The notes under the pieces are model-generated. The model was given only the letters and a program-made list of their open reading frames with translations. It was not told the DNA's origin and made no database searches. Of a DNA stretch of 64,000 bases, positions 31,166-45,625 are shown piece after piece. Each line of letters starts with the position of its first letter. Positions within the stretch are counted from its first letter, which is position 1. The DNA is from the human T2T-CHM13v2.0 reference genome, Homo sapiens. The position numbers and the translations under genes were made by a program. The stretch lies in NCBI RefSeq assembly GCF_009914755.1, contig NC_060929.1. One strand, given 5' to 3'.

Positions 31166-34025
31166 CTGGATAAAGAGAAGAGGGACAGGAAATGAAGAGG
31201 AGAATAAAAAGGGAGAAAACTTCAGGGAAAAGGTAGGGGGAAATGAATGAGAGATTTCCATTATTGAGTAGGGTCACTGGGCCTGTTGGCTGTTAGCCAG
31301 CCAGTGCAGGGGGAGGGGACTTGACCTTCCCTAGCAGAGGGAGGCTGTTTCTTTGTGTACAAACCTCAGTAGTCATCCCAGGCCACCTGGAAACATCAGG
31401 GGCCCTTGCTGTCATAATTGTATCTGGAGATTTTAACAGAATTTTTAGTGTTTGGGAGAAGAGGCTTTTATGATACTGTATCTTTATTTAGATATTATTG
31501 AAAAGATTCATTCAGAAAATAATGCTTCACTAGATACTGAACTTGAGAGCAAGATCTTAGGGTAGTAGGTCCCAATGCATGGCCCAAAATGTGGATACCT
31601 TGGGCCCACGTCAGACCTACTGAATCAGAAGCTCTGGGGATGGGGGCTGACATGTCTGCATTTTTTTTTTTTTTTTACTATTTCATGGATTTATTTTATT
31701 TTATTTATTTCAGTAGTTTTTGGAGAATGGGTGGTTTTTGGTTATTTGGATAAGATTTTTTAGTAGGAATTACTGAGATTTTGGTCCACCTGTCACCTGA
31801 GCAGTGTACCCTGTACCCAATGCTAGTCTTTTATCCTTTGCACTCCTTTCCCCCCATGTCCCCAAAGTCCATTATATCATTCTTATGCCTTTGTGTCCTC
31901 ATAGTTTAGCTCCCACTTATAAGTGAGAACATACAATATTTGGTTTTCCATTCCTGAATTACTTCATTTAGAATAATGGTTTCCAACTCCATCCAAGTTG
32001 CCGAGAATGCCATTATTTCATTCCTTTTTATGGCTGAGTAGTATTCCATGAGGTATATTTACCATATTTTCTTTATCCACTCATTGGCTGATGGGCACTT
32101 AGGCTGGTTCCACATTTTTGCAATTGTGAATTGTGCTGCTATAAACATGTGTGCAAGTGTCTTTTTCATATAATGACTTCTTTTCTTCTGGGTAGATACC
32201 CAGTAGTGGGATTGCTGGGTCAAATGGTAGTTCTACTTTTAGTTCTTTAAGAACTCTCTATACTGTTTTCCATAGTGGTTGTACTAGTTTACATTCCCAC
32301 CAGCAGTGTAAAAGTGTTCTTTTCTCACCACATCCATATCAACATCTATTATTTTTTGATTTTTAAATTATTGCCATTCTTGCAGGAGTAAGGTGGTATC
32401 TCATTGTGATCTTAATTTGCATTTACCTGATAATTAATGATGTTAAGCATTTTTTCATATGTTTGCTGGCCACTTGTGTGTCTTCTTTTGGGAATTGTCT
32501 ATTCATGTTCTTAGGTCACCTTCTGATGGGATTCTTTGTTTTTTTTCTTGCTGACTTGAGTTTTTGATATTAGTTCTTTGTTGGATGCATAGTTTGTGAA
32601 TATTTTCTCCCACTCTGTGGGTTGTCCGTTTACTCTGCTGATTATTTCTTTTGCTGTGCAGAAGCTTTTTACTTTAATTAGGTCCCATCAATTTTTTTGT
32701 TGTAGTTGCATTTGCTTTTGAGTTCTTGGTCATGAACTCTTTGGCTAAGCCAATGTCTAGAAGAGTTTTACCAATGTTGTCTTCTGGAATTTTTATGGTT
32801 TCAGGTCTTAGATTTGGCTCTTTGATCTATCTTGAGTTGATTTTTATATAAGGTGAGAGATGAGGATCCGGTTTTACTCTTCTACACGTGGCTTGCCAGT
32901 TATCCCAGCATCATTTGTTGAATAGGGTGTCCTTTCCCCACTTTATGTTTTTGTTTGTTTTGTCGAAGATCAGTTGGCTGTAAGTATTTGGCTTTATTTC
33001 TGGGTTCTCTATTCTGTTCCATTGGTTTACATGCCTATTTTTATACCAGTACGGTGCTGTTTTGATAACTGTAGGCTTGTAGTATAGTTTGAAGTCAGGT
33101 AATGTGATGTCTCCAAATTTTTTCTTTTTGCTTAGTCTTTCTTCAGCTATGTGGGGTCTTTTTTGGTTCCATATGAATTTTAGGAATGATTTTTCTAGTT
33201 CTGTGAGGAATGATGATGGTACTTTGCTGGGAATTACATTGAATCTGCATATTACTTATGGAAGTATGGTCGTTTTCACAATATTGATTCTACCCATCTA
33301 TGAGCATGGGATGTTTTCCCATTTGTTTGTGTCGTCAATGATTTCTTTTAGTAGTGTTTTGTAGTTTTCCTTGTAGAGATCTTTCACCTCCTTGATTAGG
33401 TATATTCCTAAGTATTTTATTTTATTTTTGCAGCTGTTGTAAAGGGGATTGAGTTCTTGATTTATTTCTCAGCTTGATCATTGTTGGTGTATAGTAGTTC
33501 TACTGAGATGTGTACATTGATTTTGTAGCCTGAGACTTTACTGAATTCATTTATCAGATCTAGGAGCTTTTTGAATGAGTCTTTAGGGTTTTCTAGGTAT
33601 ACAATCATATCATTGGCTAACAGCAACAGTTTGACTTCCTCTTTACCAATTTGGATGCCCTTTATTTCTTTCTCTCGTCTGGCTCTGGCAAGGATTTCTA
33701 GTAATATGTTGAATAGAAGTGGTTAAAGTGGGCATCCTTGTTTTGCTCCAGTTCTCAGGGGGAATGCTTTCAATTTTTCCCTGTTCAGTATAATATTTGC
33801 TGTGGGTTTATCATAGATGGCTTTTATTACCTTGAGGTATCTTCCTTCTGTGCTGATTTTGCTGAGGGTTTTAATCATAAAGAGATGCTGGATGTTGTCA
33901 AATGCTTTTTCTGCTTCTATTGATATGACCATATTATTAAAAAAATTCTGTTTATGTGATGTATCATATTTGTTGACTTGGGTATGTTAAACCATCCCTG
34001 CATTCCTGGTATGAAACTTGATCAT

Positions 34026-34403
34026 TGTATTAGTCCATTCTCACGCTGCTAATAAATACATACTTGAGACTGGGTAATTTATAAAGGAAAGAGGTTTAAC
34101 TGACTCACAGTTCAGCATGGCTTGGGAGGCCTCAGGAAACTTACAATCATGGTGGAAGCGGGAGCAAACACGTGCTTCTTCACGTGGCAGCAGGGTGAAG
34201 AAGAATGAGTGCCCAGTGAAGGGGGAAGCCCCTTATAAGACCATCAGATCTGATGAGAACTAACTCAGTATCATGAGAACAGGATGGGGGAAACTGCCCC
34301 CATGATTCAATTATCTCTATCTGGTCCCTCCCATGACATATGGAGATTATGGGAACTACATTTCAAGATGAGATTTGGGTGGAGACAGAGCCAAACCATA
34401 TCA
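34026..34403 (-). mobile_element. THE1C-like MaLR solo LTR inside L1PB ORF2
   Basis: tgtattagtcc...ccaaaccatatca; 5-bp TSD atcat/gtcat. Confidence 0.9.
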
Positions 34404-36471
34404 GTCATGGTGTATTATAGTTTGATATGCTGTTGGATTCGGTTAGCTGGTATTTTGTTGAGGATTTTTGCATCTGTGTTCATCAGGGTTGTTCATCTGT
34501 AGTTTCCTTTTTTTGTTATGTCCTTTCCTGGTTTTGGAATTAGGGTGATACTGGCTTCATAGAATGATTTAGGGAGAATTTCCTCTTTCTCTATCTTTTG
34601 GAATAGTTTCAGTAAAAGTGTTACCAATTCTTTGAATGTTTGATAGAATTCAGCTGTGAATTCATCTGGTCCTGGACTTTTTTCTTGTTGGCAATTTTAA
34701 AATCACTGTTTTATATAAATCATATAAATTACCATTTTTAGTTTGTTCAGAGTTTCTATTTCTTCCTGATTTAATCTGAGAGGGTTGTATATTTCCAGGA
34801 ATTTGTCCATCTCCTCTAGATTTTTGAGTTTGTGTGTGTAAAGGTATTCATAGTAGCCTTGAGTGATCTTTTGTATTTCTGTGGTATCAGTTGTAATATC
34901 TCCCGTTTCATTTCTAATTGAGCCTATTTGTATCTTCTGTCTTCTTTTCTTGGTTAATCTTGCTAATGGTCTATCAATTTGGTTGATCCTTCTAAAGAAC
35001 CAGCTTTTTGTTTCATTTATCTTTTGTATTTTTTTTTTGTTTCAGTTTGATTTAGTTCTACTCTGATCTTTGTTATTTATTTTATTCTGCTGGGTTTGGG
35101 TTTGGTTGTTCTTGTTTCTTTAGTTCCTTGAGGTGTGACCTTAGATTGTCTATTTGCACCATTTCAGATTTTTTGATGTAGGCATTTAATGCTAGGAACT
35201 TTTCTCTTAGCACTGCTTTTGCTGTATCCCAGAGGTTTTGATAAGTTGTGTCAGGATTATTGTTCAGTACAAAGAATTTTTAAATTACCATCTTGATTTC
35301 ATTTTTGACCCAAAGTTCATTCAAGAGCAGATTATTTAATTTCCATGTTTTTGTTTAGTTTTGGGTGTTCCTTTTGCAGTTAATGTCTAGTTTTATTCTG
35401 CTGTGGTCTGAGAGGATACTTGATAAAATTTTAATTTTCTTAAATTTATTGAGACTTGTTTTCTGAACTATCATGTGTTCTATTTTGGAGAATGTTCCAT
35501 GTGCTGAAGAAAACAATGTATTCTGCAGTCGTTGGGTAGAATGTTCTGTAAAGATCTGTTAAATCCATTTATTCTAGGGTATAGTTTAAGTCCATTGTTT
35601 CTTTGTTGACTTTCTGTCTTGATGACCTGCCTAGTGCTGTCAGTGGAGTATTGAAGTCCCCCACTATTATTGCGTGGCCATCTATCTCATTTTTTAGGTC
35701 TGATAGTATTTGTTTTATAAATTTGGGAGCTCCAGGATTAGGGCATATATATTTAAGATTATAATAGTTTCCTATTGGACTATTCCTTTTATCATTATAT
35801 AATGTCCCTCTTTGTCTTTTTTTTCTTTTTCACTGTTGCTTTAAAGTCTGTTTTGTCTGATATAAGAATAGCTTCTCCTGCTTACCTTTGGTTTCCATTT
35901 GCATGGAATATCTTTTTCTACTCCTTTACCTTAAGTTTATGAGTCCTTATGTGTTAGGTGAGTCTCTTGAAGAGAGCAGATTCTTGGTTTGTGGATTTTT
36001 ATCAATTTTGCCACTTTGTATCTTTTAACTGGAGCATTAGCCCATTTACATGCAATGTTAGTATTGAGATGTGAAGTACTGTTCTATTCATCATGTTAGT
36101 TACTGCCCTAATACCTGCTTTTTTTTTCTCATTGTGTTATTGTTTTATACACCCTGTGAGATTTACGCTTTAAGGAGTTTCTATTTTGGTGTATTTTGAG
36201 GTTTTTGTTTCATGATTTAGAACTCCTTTAAGCATTTCTCATAGTGCTGGCTTAGTAGTGGTGAATTCTCTTAGCATTTGTTTGAAAAAGGCTATCTCTG
36301 TCATTTATGAAGCTTGGTTTCACTGGATACAGAATCCTTGGCTGACAATTATTTTGTTTCAGGAGGCTGAAGATGGCTTCCCTTCTGGCTTGGAAAGTTT
36401 CTGTTGAGAAGTATGCGGTTAATCTGATAGAGATTTTCCTTTATAGGTTGTCTGATGCTTTTGTCTCATAG

Positions 36472-36520
36472 TGTGTCCAGAGTTTGTTCCTTCTGGTGGG
36501 TTCGTGGTCTCGCTGACTTC
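36472..36520 (-). mobile_element. 49-bp 3'-terminal stub of an LTR12/MER51-like ERV1 LTR
   Basis: tgtgtccagagtttgttccttctggtgggttcgtggtctcgctgacttc matches the reverse complement of the '...gaaggaaccaactccggacaca' LTR terminus. Confidence 0.7.
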
Positions 36521-36650
36521 CCCAAAGGCTCCTGTGAGATATAGTCAGGGATGGCTTCTTGGGGCTCAAGCTGGAGACTGGGAGTGCATTCGAGGCACTT
36601 CCCATTGCTACTTGTACTTTTATATGTCTCATGACTCTCTAAACCCATTT

Positions 36651-37340
36651 TGTTACAGATAGACAGGCGTGAACTGGGCAGGAGAAGGCTCTCCCCAACC
36701 CACCAGGAATGCGGGGTGATGGTCTAGCAATGATCACATTGCCTCTCTAAAAGTGACAAATTGGCAGCTGATGCCAGGGAGAGGCCATTTCCTGGCACCA
36801 GTTGCCTTTTGCACTAAACTGTTACTTAAATGCAAATGCCAGGGAGAAGCAACTTCCTGGGCATATGCATTAAGAGAAAAAAATGGTGGAGTGTGATCTT
36901 CAAAGGACACTCCACAAGAAAAGGGAAGAAAGACTCAGATGGGCATGCATACAAATTCCTAAACACACTGCACCTGCTCACTTCCCAAAAGTAAGGAGGG
37001 CACCTGTGCATGTGGGCAGCCCATTCTAAAGGAAGACTCATGGGAAAGGGGTGTAAGATGCTGGAGGTGGGCCAGCCTATAAAGCCCTAGATCAAGGTTA
37101 AACACTGCATTTGTTCTTCAAGTTGCCCTCTTGAATCTCTTTCAAGTGTACTTGCCTTTCTTTCCTGTTCTAAAGCCTTTTAAAAATAAACTTCCACTCC
37201 TGCACTGAAACTTGCCTTGGTCTCTTTCTCTGCTTTATGCCCCTCAATCGAATTCTTTCTTCTGAGGAGCCAAGAATTGAGGTTGCTACAGACCCTTAAG
37301 GATTCACCACCGGTGATTCAGATACCTTCCACTAGTAACA
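36651..37340 (+). mobile_element. MER50-like ERV1 solo LTR in the L1PB 5'UTR
   Basis: tgttaca...agtaaca termini; TATA 'cctataaa' and AATAAA; 4-bp TSD attt/gttt. Confidence 0.8.
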
Positions 37341-38150
37341 GTTTCATCTCTAGGCAGGGTTAAGTCCTTCTCCTGTGATCTGGATTTTCAGATTTTCCAG
37401 TGTGGATGTGTGTTCAGAGGTAGGTTTTCCCGGATCACACTTTGGGAACTCAGTTTTTCACCTGGCTTGTGGAATTTGCAGTGGCGTCCCACTTCTTTCA
37501 AAGGGTCTGTGAATTATTTTGGTTTTCCTGGTATGTTCCAGTGGTGGTTCTTGGAGCAAAAGATCACGGCGTAAATCTCCACAAGCTGTTCTGTCAGTCC
37601 AGTCCACATGGGAGCTTACATGATAGCCCTATCTCCTGTCTGCCATCTTCCCTGGAATTCTTAATTGTCTGCATTTTTTTCAGGTTCCTATGCAATTGTA
37701 ATGGACATTGAAGTTTGAGTACCATAGTCCTAATAGGTTCAGAATATTAAGAAACTGACAAGACAAATAACATCATATTACTAAAAATAATTAACTGTAG
37801 CTTGAGATAATAGTTTTGATTTAATTTCTTCAAAAGGGAGAAAAATGGAAGAGTCAGAACAGGGAAAAGGAATTAATAAAGATTAACAGCGTAAAGGTTA
37901 TAGGAAGCTAAAATTTGGCTTAATCTGTGTAAGAAATTTTTAATGGTTACAGTTGTCCCCAATTAGCGTACTTTGGAATATAGTGATTCCCCCTTCTTTT
38001 AAGGGGTTTAAGGCAACCTGTCAGGCTCTGCGCAATTTCCTAGCTGTGGCATTCCATCCCCCATATGTCCCACGACGGTTAGAGCTCTATGATGCCTAAT
38101 GGCTGGCTTTGGTCTCCTCAGACTCTGGACCAGTTGTTTTTCAAAGTGGG

Positions 38151-38540
<390 letters not shown>

Positions 38541-38789
38541 GAGTGATATAATTGGTGTCTATGTGGGGCCTACATTGTAGGTGGGAGAATTTTTCAGATC
38601 TCCGAGATGGTTCAATATTCTGCCCAAAGAATCACTGTATTAGGGCAGTGATTCTCAACCTTGAATGTGCATCACACTACTACTTGGAAGCTTTGTGAAA
38701 ACACAGATCTCTAGGCCCTGCCTCCAGAGTTTCTGATTCAGTAGCTGGTGTGGGCCTGAGTTCCCAGGCGATGAGCACAGGGAGCTGGC

Positions 38790-39232
38790 ATCTAATCCTT
38801 TTGGATGTTTATGTTCCCTGGCCACAGGTAGTTTTTCATACATACCTGCCAATCACTACTCTGCTGAATACACAAGGGGGACTCTGTGCATCAACCTAGG
38901 CTAGTCTGTGCAGCTCTCTCCTCTGCAGTGCTGTGGACTTTGGTGGCCTTGGTCTCCCCAGACACTGAGACTGTGTCTCAACTCAGGAGTCCATTGGGCT
39001 CTGCCTGAGTTCCCCTTCCCTGAGCCGCTGCCTGGAAACCATCTCAAGATAGAAAAGTGGGGAAAATTACAGGACTTACCTTATTTGTTTGACATCTCTC
39101 AGGGATCGCTGTTCCCATTGCCTGATGTTGAGTGTCTTCAAAATTACTGTTTCATAAATGTTGTCTTTTTTTGTTTGTTTCACACAACAGGGTAAATTCA
39201 TTCTCTCTTTCTCTATCTTGGGCAGAAGTAGT
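38790..39232 (-). mobile_element. Old L1M/HAL1-like 5' region
   Basis: 'gtgcagctctctcctct...ctcaactcagg...gggtaaattc...atcttgggcagaagt'. Confidence 0.5.
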
Positions 39233-39239
39233 GTTACAA

Positions 39240-39660
39240 TTTATATTTATAAAAGATTGCTGACAGCTGTTGACAGAGTGTGACCTGGAAGCAGGAAGGG
39301 AGGGGTGAATCTTGGAGACTAATTAGGAGACAGGCTGTGGCAGGCCAGGGGAAGCTGTAGATGGAGACATGGGCGACAGCAACAGCAGTGGAGATGAACA
39401 GAAGTGGAGGCATTTTTGAGGCATTGCTGAATGGATTTTCTGATGTGGGAGTTCTACGTAGAGCGCTTGTCTTTGTGAACCTGCTGGTCTCACCTGTTAT
39501 TTACTGATGAATTGAAATCAGAGTCTATTAGATTATGAACTGTATGTGGATGAAAGCAATTCTGTCTTGTTCATTGGTTTATGTTGAGAGAATATAGCTT
39601 ATAGCATATCTGCTGTAAAAAAGTAGGAATCTACAAGAATCTGTTGCATAAATACATAAA
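39240..39660. mobile_element. L2 fragments in both orientations
   Basis: 'ggagactaattaggaga...cagtggagatgaacagaagtgg' on minus; L2 3' tail on plus. Confidence 0.5.
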
Positions 39661-39774
39661 TCCTTCCGTGTGATTCTCTTCCCTAGACCAGGCTGTCTTT
39701 GAGACTATCTGCCTATTTTCCTGTTGCTTCTTCATGCATTTCCATTTTATTAACCACTTGCTTTTATAGCTCGC

Positions 39775-40270
<496 letters not shown>

Positions 40271-40959
40271 CTAATGCCTCCTAATACCAAGTTCTACCTG
40301 TAGGATAGGACTCCTTTCGAGTTTCTGCTCCTTATCCGAATATTCTGTTTGTGTCCACCCTACTCAGTGACTATTTCCAATTTCAGGTCAGTATCTTTCG
40401 AGATGAGTCTGTCAGTTTTTCTGTGTGTCTTTTTTCCACTCCTCTCACCAGTTTACATTTTAAGATGGCCTAAAAGTGTCTATGAAGTCTTCAAAGATTT
40501 CAGAAAACCCCAGAATTAATACCAATGGCAATATGAAACCTGGGAAGAGGAAAGCAAGGGAAGATATTCCGTGGCATACAGAGAAGGTGGATGTCACAAC
40601 CAATTAGAAGCAACAAGTTTCAAAAAACTAGAGGGCACCAACCTGAAAGGCTCTGTGCTCAGGGATTTGAGGATAAATGGCTTTCTCACAATGGGTAATT
40701 AACTTATGGAGTGGGTTTCCGGAGGCAGCTGGGAGAGCTGATCGACAGTGACAGAGCCTGGGAATTGCTTTTACAGCTCTTCCCCTGTTTGGCTCAGGGA
40801 TGCAGAGGGAAGTTGCTGTGGAAGTCATTCAAGAGAATACTGTATGGCAAGTAGCCGAAGACATGAGATTCTGGACCAGGAGGGCATGAACGCTCCTTCC
40901 TAGCTGAAGTACTTACTTGGGGCATCTTCCTTGAACACTCACATATGTATTCACATTCT

Positions 40960-41600
40960 GTGGCTAATAAAATGCTTTCACAGACACAGTTTTATTTGAG
41001 CAGTGACTATGATGTAGGCCGCAGAGGTAATATTATCATTGTGATTGAAGCGTTAGTCCCGCCCTTCACTATTTTAGTTTAAAAGATGAGGAAGTTGTGG
41101 CTCAAATAATAGAATGAATTCCCCCAGGGGGTTCTGTCATAAGTCAGGACTAGGACCTAGGAATTCTGAGACCTTTAGTATAGACATTCTTTCTCTACAC
41201 CCCATTGTATAATTGTTTTCTTTTGCTCTATGTAGCAAGAAATAAAAGTCATAGGAGAAAGAATCCATTTTGCTTTGAGTGGAACACTCTGACCTCTGAG
41301 TTTTTTTCTAACTATAACATTCTACTGTATAAAGAAAGAAAATATGAAGGACCCAAATCACAAAGCTGAGTAACATTCTCCTGTTGTTGATCACATGCCA
41401 TGCTCCGTTAAATGTTTTAGACACTTTCTCCTTTAATCTTCATAATGACCCACTGTAGTGGGTGTTATTATTATCATTTTACAACTAAATAGACTGAGGC
41501 AGGGGGAGTTATTTGCCCAAAGTTATATAGACAGAAGTAATGAAGTTGTGATACAAACCCCAGCCTCCCTGACTCCAGATTTCAAGCTCTTATTCCTTCA
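40960..41600 (-). mobile_element. Two MIR fragments (about 40960-41200 and 41370-41600)
   Basis: 'agatgaggaagttgtggctca' and 'tttaatcttcataa...cattttacaactaaatagactgaggc...ttgcccaaagt'. Confidence 0.6.
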
Positions 41601-41601
41601 A

Positions 41602-41858
41602 TCAGTTCCATTCAAAATGTGGTCTTAGGACAGGCTGAAGTCTCTAAACCAGTAACCATCCTTGATGACATAATGAACCTTGAGCTAGCATACAAATCAA
41701 CTACATCTTTAGGCTAGATGACGTTTTTATGGGGGAGGGGAGAGACAAAATTCTGTTGATGAAGGAAGCAGTGCATGATCTACATCCTCCTCCAAACGCC
41801 TCATCTCCTTGGACATGGGTAACAACCATTTTGGAGACTTGCACTTTGAATAGCACCT
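41602..41858. mobile_element. MER5C-like palindromic hAT MITE
   Basis: Degenerate TIRs cagttccattcaaaatgtggtc / gcactttgaatagcac; internal 'gaaggaagcagtgcatgatctacat'. Confidence 0.5.
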
Positions 41859-44077
41859 CCTTAAATTTTACTGCCCATAGAGTGCCATAGCAATTATGTT
41901 ATAGATTCCACCTTAACATAAGGTGTTTTGCACTGGCTGTTTTCCACTTTGAGCTGAAAAGGGAGTGTTAAGCTACTGGGCTCAAACTAAAGTTAGATTG
42001 GACTGATTTATGTTTCTCATTCAATAAGTCTTTTTTTGAAAGCCTTTGTGTGCTGTTGTGCAATCCCACCTAAATCTATTTAAATCATTTGTACTATTTT
42101 AATTTTTATAGCTTATGAGTCATTGAATTGTAACTAAGAAGCCAGAGGCCATGGATGGAGGAAGGAGCCATGTTTCTATTCATTTTGAATATTCTTAGGG
42201 TGTGTTTCTTTGTGGGTGCCCAGTAAATTTCATGGATTCACTGACTGACTAGAGAATAAAGGAATAAAGTTGAGCTATACCAGATTAAATATCTTGTGGG
42301 CAGGAATTACAATCTCTATTTTGGGCTGTCCATTTATAGGTCCTTTTGTGAATGATGGTGATTAGAACATGCCTGTGGTCCTATCTTCAAAGTGGCTTTA
42401 GATATTCCACAGGGGTTAGATGGGATCTCTCTTTAGAAGAAAAAAAGAAATATTTGTATAGAAGATTGTTTTCATTGCGGAGTCAATAATAATAATTTTC
42501 AACCCAGATGTGAATAAAGATAATCAACCTAAGTTACTGTTGGGAAAACCAAGGCAGATGGAAAACCAAAGTCACACAGTGACGTTATAATCTCTATTAT
42601 ATATAAGGCCTATTCTCCCAATTTTTAAAAATGTAATCATGTTCTCCTTTAGTTTAAGCATGTTACAGTTGGATGCTCAGACACCGTCTACTTTTTACAG
42701 TCTTCTCCCTTTATGGTTTTTGTTTTAAGTTCTGTGCTTTAGGCATTTCCTGAAACAGTATCTAAGACATGGAGAAGCCTCAGGGCCCTATTTAAAGGAA
42801 AGGCTCCTCACCTTACCTTGCAAGTTGTGGGAGATCATAAGAGTCTGTAAAATTGCTCAACTGGAAAACGAAGGAACTGAGCCAGTGGAAATCACCAGTC
42901 AATTAAATTCATGGGGACATAAATAACACCCCATGTCGATATTGGGTTTATGTCAGCATTGTGACTTGGGTGCTGGAGAAGTTTTCAGCAGTTTTCTTCC
43001 TGGCTAAGTGGAGTCAGGCTGTGTTGAACATACCCTAACATTTTTCTTCCTGCCTTCTTCCTTAGCCTATGTCATCAGTGTCATTAAATTATTATTTAAA
43101 GCTGTTTATTCATCTTCCCATCCAGTCTTCATGAAGGCAGAGGCCACATACGTCCTTGTCACTGCTGAGTCCCCTGCATGCACTTGGCTCTGTGGCTGTT
43201 ATAGGGTAGATGCTCACTCACTGTCTGCTTCTATTTAGTGAGCGTCAAGGAAGGGGCAAGGGAGCTCAGTTCTGGGTGAGTATAGGAAAGGGACTAGGAC
43301 AAGTGTCGAAGTTTGTGGAAAGACGCTTTCCCTTTTTATTGCTGGCTTTAACAGAAACACTGAAGAGACCAGACCCCTGGCTCCACTGCCTTCAAATCTG
43401 CCATGTAATTTTCCTGACATGAACTTCTTGAGTATCATCTTGCTAGTTTAGTGGCCAGAATTTGACTCTGAAAATGACTGTGCACTTTTACTTAGAGGAT
43501 TACCCACATCCTCACTTCATGTTGCCTGTTGCCTTTGAGATTTTTGTCTGTACTTGCTTTTTTCATTATCATCTACCTTCACTATTCACGACTATGAAGT
43601 GTGACAGCATATCTTGCAACATGAATTTTCTTACACCTTCAGTGGCACTTGATGAGAAAGTGACAGAAAGGTCTCCATTTACTCCAGTGAACTATTTGCC
43701 AGCCAGTAGGACATGATGTTTTTGGGGGAATGGGGGCAGAATGAAATATATGATTTTGTGATTGAGAAAGAATATTTCATATTTAATTGACTCTGGAAAT
43801 TTGGACATTTGGTCACTGGGCAAGGTTAGATTTTTCTGTGGTCAAATGTCACAGTTATGGGTTAGGGTCTTATCTTTTTCCCATCTCTTATTTTCCTTTT
43901 GCCTTTTCTGTGTTTTTCCTTCGTTTGCTGCCAGCACACTCATTGTTCTTTTTCTCTCCACCCTTAGAAGATGAAGCACTTCTCTCAGAGTAGCAGTCAA
44001 TAGCTGTGGTGCCACCCGAGGACACCCACCATCTTTGCTGGGCTTTGGGACCTCAGCCTCAGCCTCCTTGGTTCCTT

Positions 44078-44247
44078 GTTTTTTTTTTTTGTTTGTTTTT
44101 TTTTTGAGACAGAGTCTCACTCTGTCATCCAGGCTGGAGTGCAGTGGCACGATCTTGGCTCACTGCAGCCTCTGTCTCCTGGGTTCAAGTTATTTTCCTG
44201 CTTCAGCATCCTGAGTAGCTGGGATTACAGGCATGCGTCACCACACC
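44078..44247 (-). mobile_element. AluS right monomer (5'-truncated)
   Basis: T tail plus right arm; flanking duplication cctcagcctcctt at 44057-44069 and 44248-44260. Confidence 0.85.
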
Positions 44248-45625
44248 CCTCAGCCTCCTTTCGACTCTATTTTTTTGTCTCTTCTTTTCCAATTAGACTA
44301 AGATCTGAACATTTCCATTAAAGGGCTTGGAGAGCATAGGTGACTAAATGGAATAAACTGGATGAAGACTGACTCTGGGACCACGTGGGCAATGCAATCA
44401 GGAGAGGTCTGTGCCACAGGTAGTTGGCACCTGGGGAGGTCTCTAGGTGGGTAAGAGGCTGGGATCTAGGGAGTTAGTTGGGCATTTGGCTTCTGAGAGG
44501 TAGTGATGACTCAGCTCCAGGGAATGGGATACAGTAGCCCCATAATTTCATGATTTGAACTCTGTTTCCTGCCTCTGGCTTAGTCTGTGACTTTGGATGT
44601 TTACTTAAACCTCGTTCCACTCTGAGATTCACTGGGGTAGGAACCTTGGTGGTATTCTTCCCTTCTGTATTCATCAAATTTAGCAGATGGCCTGGCATAT
44701 AGTAGATATTCAACAAATTTCTGCTGAACTGAGCTGAAATTCTCTGTATCAACTATTTCTTGGGGACCTCTAAGCTCTGAACCAGGTATTCTACTCCTAA
44801 ATTCTGTTCATTACCTTCAAAGTAGCTGACCTTCTGGGAGAAGTTCAGCATTTGTTGCTTCAGTATCAAGCTTATCCTGACTTGTTTTGATTTTAACATC
44901 CTGTTTTTCTCTAAAACTCAGGGTCCTTTGTAATATTATAAATGGAGTGAATAAAGTGTGCTATAGCTGTTAGCAATCTTCTTGAAGCATAAATCTGCAT
45001 AAACCCCTTGCCAAGGCCATGCCAATCCAGAGTCACAGTGGAGGAGCAGAGAGGGTTTGTGTGCAGCGAAAGCCTAGACTACCAGCACTCTTCCTGACTA
45101 TGTGGTATGCACAAAGTTCATAACCACTTGAGTTTAGACTTCTTACAAGTTCCAGATTTCAGTTTTGGCATATCTGTTGTTTCAGACAGTTCCTCCTAGA
45201 TGTAGCTGACTTTGTGTGCATTAATAAAAACAACATCCCAAAAGAATAGTACTTAACATTTATTGCATGCATTCTATAATTCAGATAATATAATAGGCAT
45301 TTTACTGAAGTTATCTCATTCGATCTTCACAAAGATTCCTATTAAATACCACTAACCTCATTTTACAAATGAGGGAATGAGATTTAAGAGCATAAAGTTG
45401 ATGCTGTCAACCATAATGTTTGGGTTATTCAATTTAGTGATGTGCCAGCCACCGTGTTGTCCTGTGGCTAAATAAAAGTAGGTTAAAATGTGGATTTTGT
45501 GGCAAGCATGGGATCACTGGGAAGGCAAACCTTGCATTTATGAGCTGATTATAAACATGATGTAAAATATGATGTAATGAAGTTTTAAATTAAATGCGAT
45601 TAGTGCTCAAATGGATGGTACAGAC

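Larger units (their letters stand above)
31661..37660 (-). mobile_element. L1PB (PB1-like 3' end, L1PBa-like 5' end), originally full length, with internal deletion and nested LTRs
   Basis: Poly(T) tail; PB-type 3'UTR; ORF2 peptide [10 protein letters not shown]...[14 protein letters not shown] (33723-33932); ORF1 3' part to 36471; 5' end 'tgccatcttccc'; TSD tgtctgcattttt. Confidence 0.88.
31565..37730 (+). mobile_element. MER5 MITE split by L1PB (halves about 31565-31660 and 37666-37730)
   Basis: 'cagacctactgaatcagaagctctggggatggggg...tgtctgcatttt' resumes as 'tgtctgcattttttcagg...aagtttgagtacca'. Confidence 0.65.
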
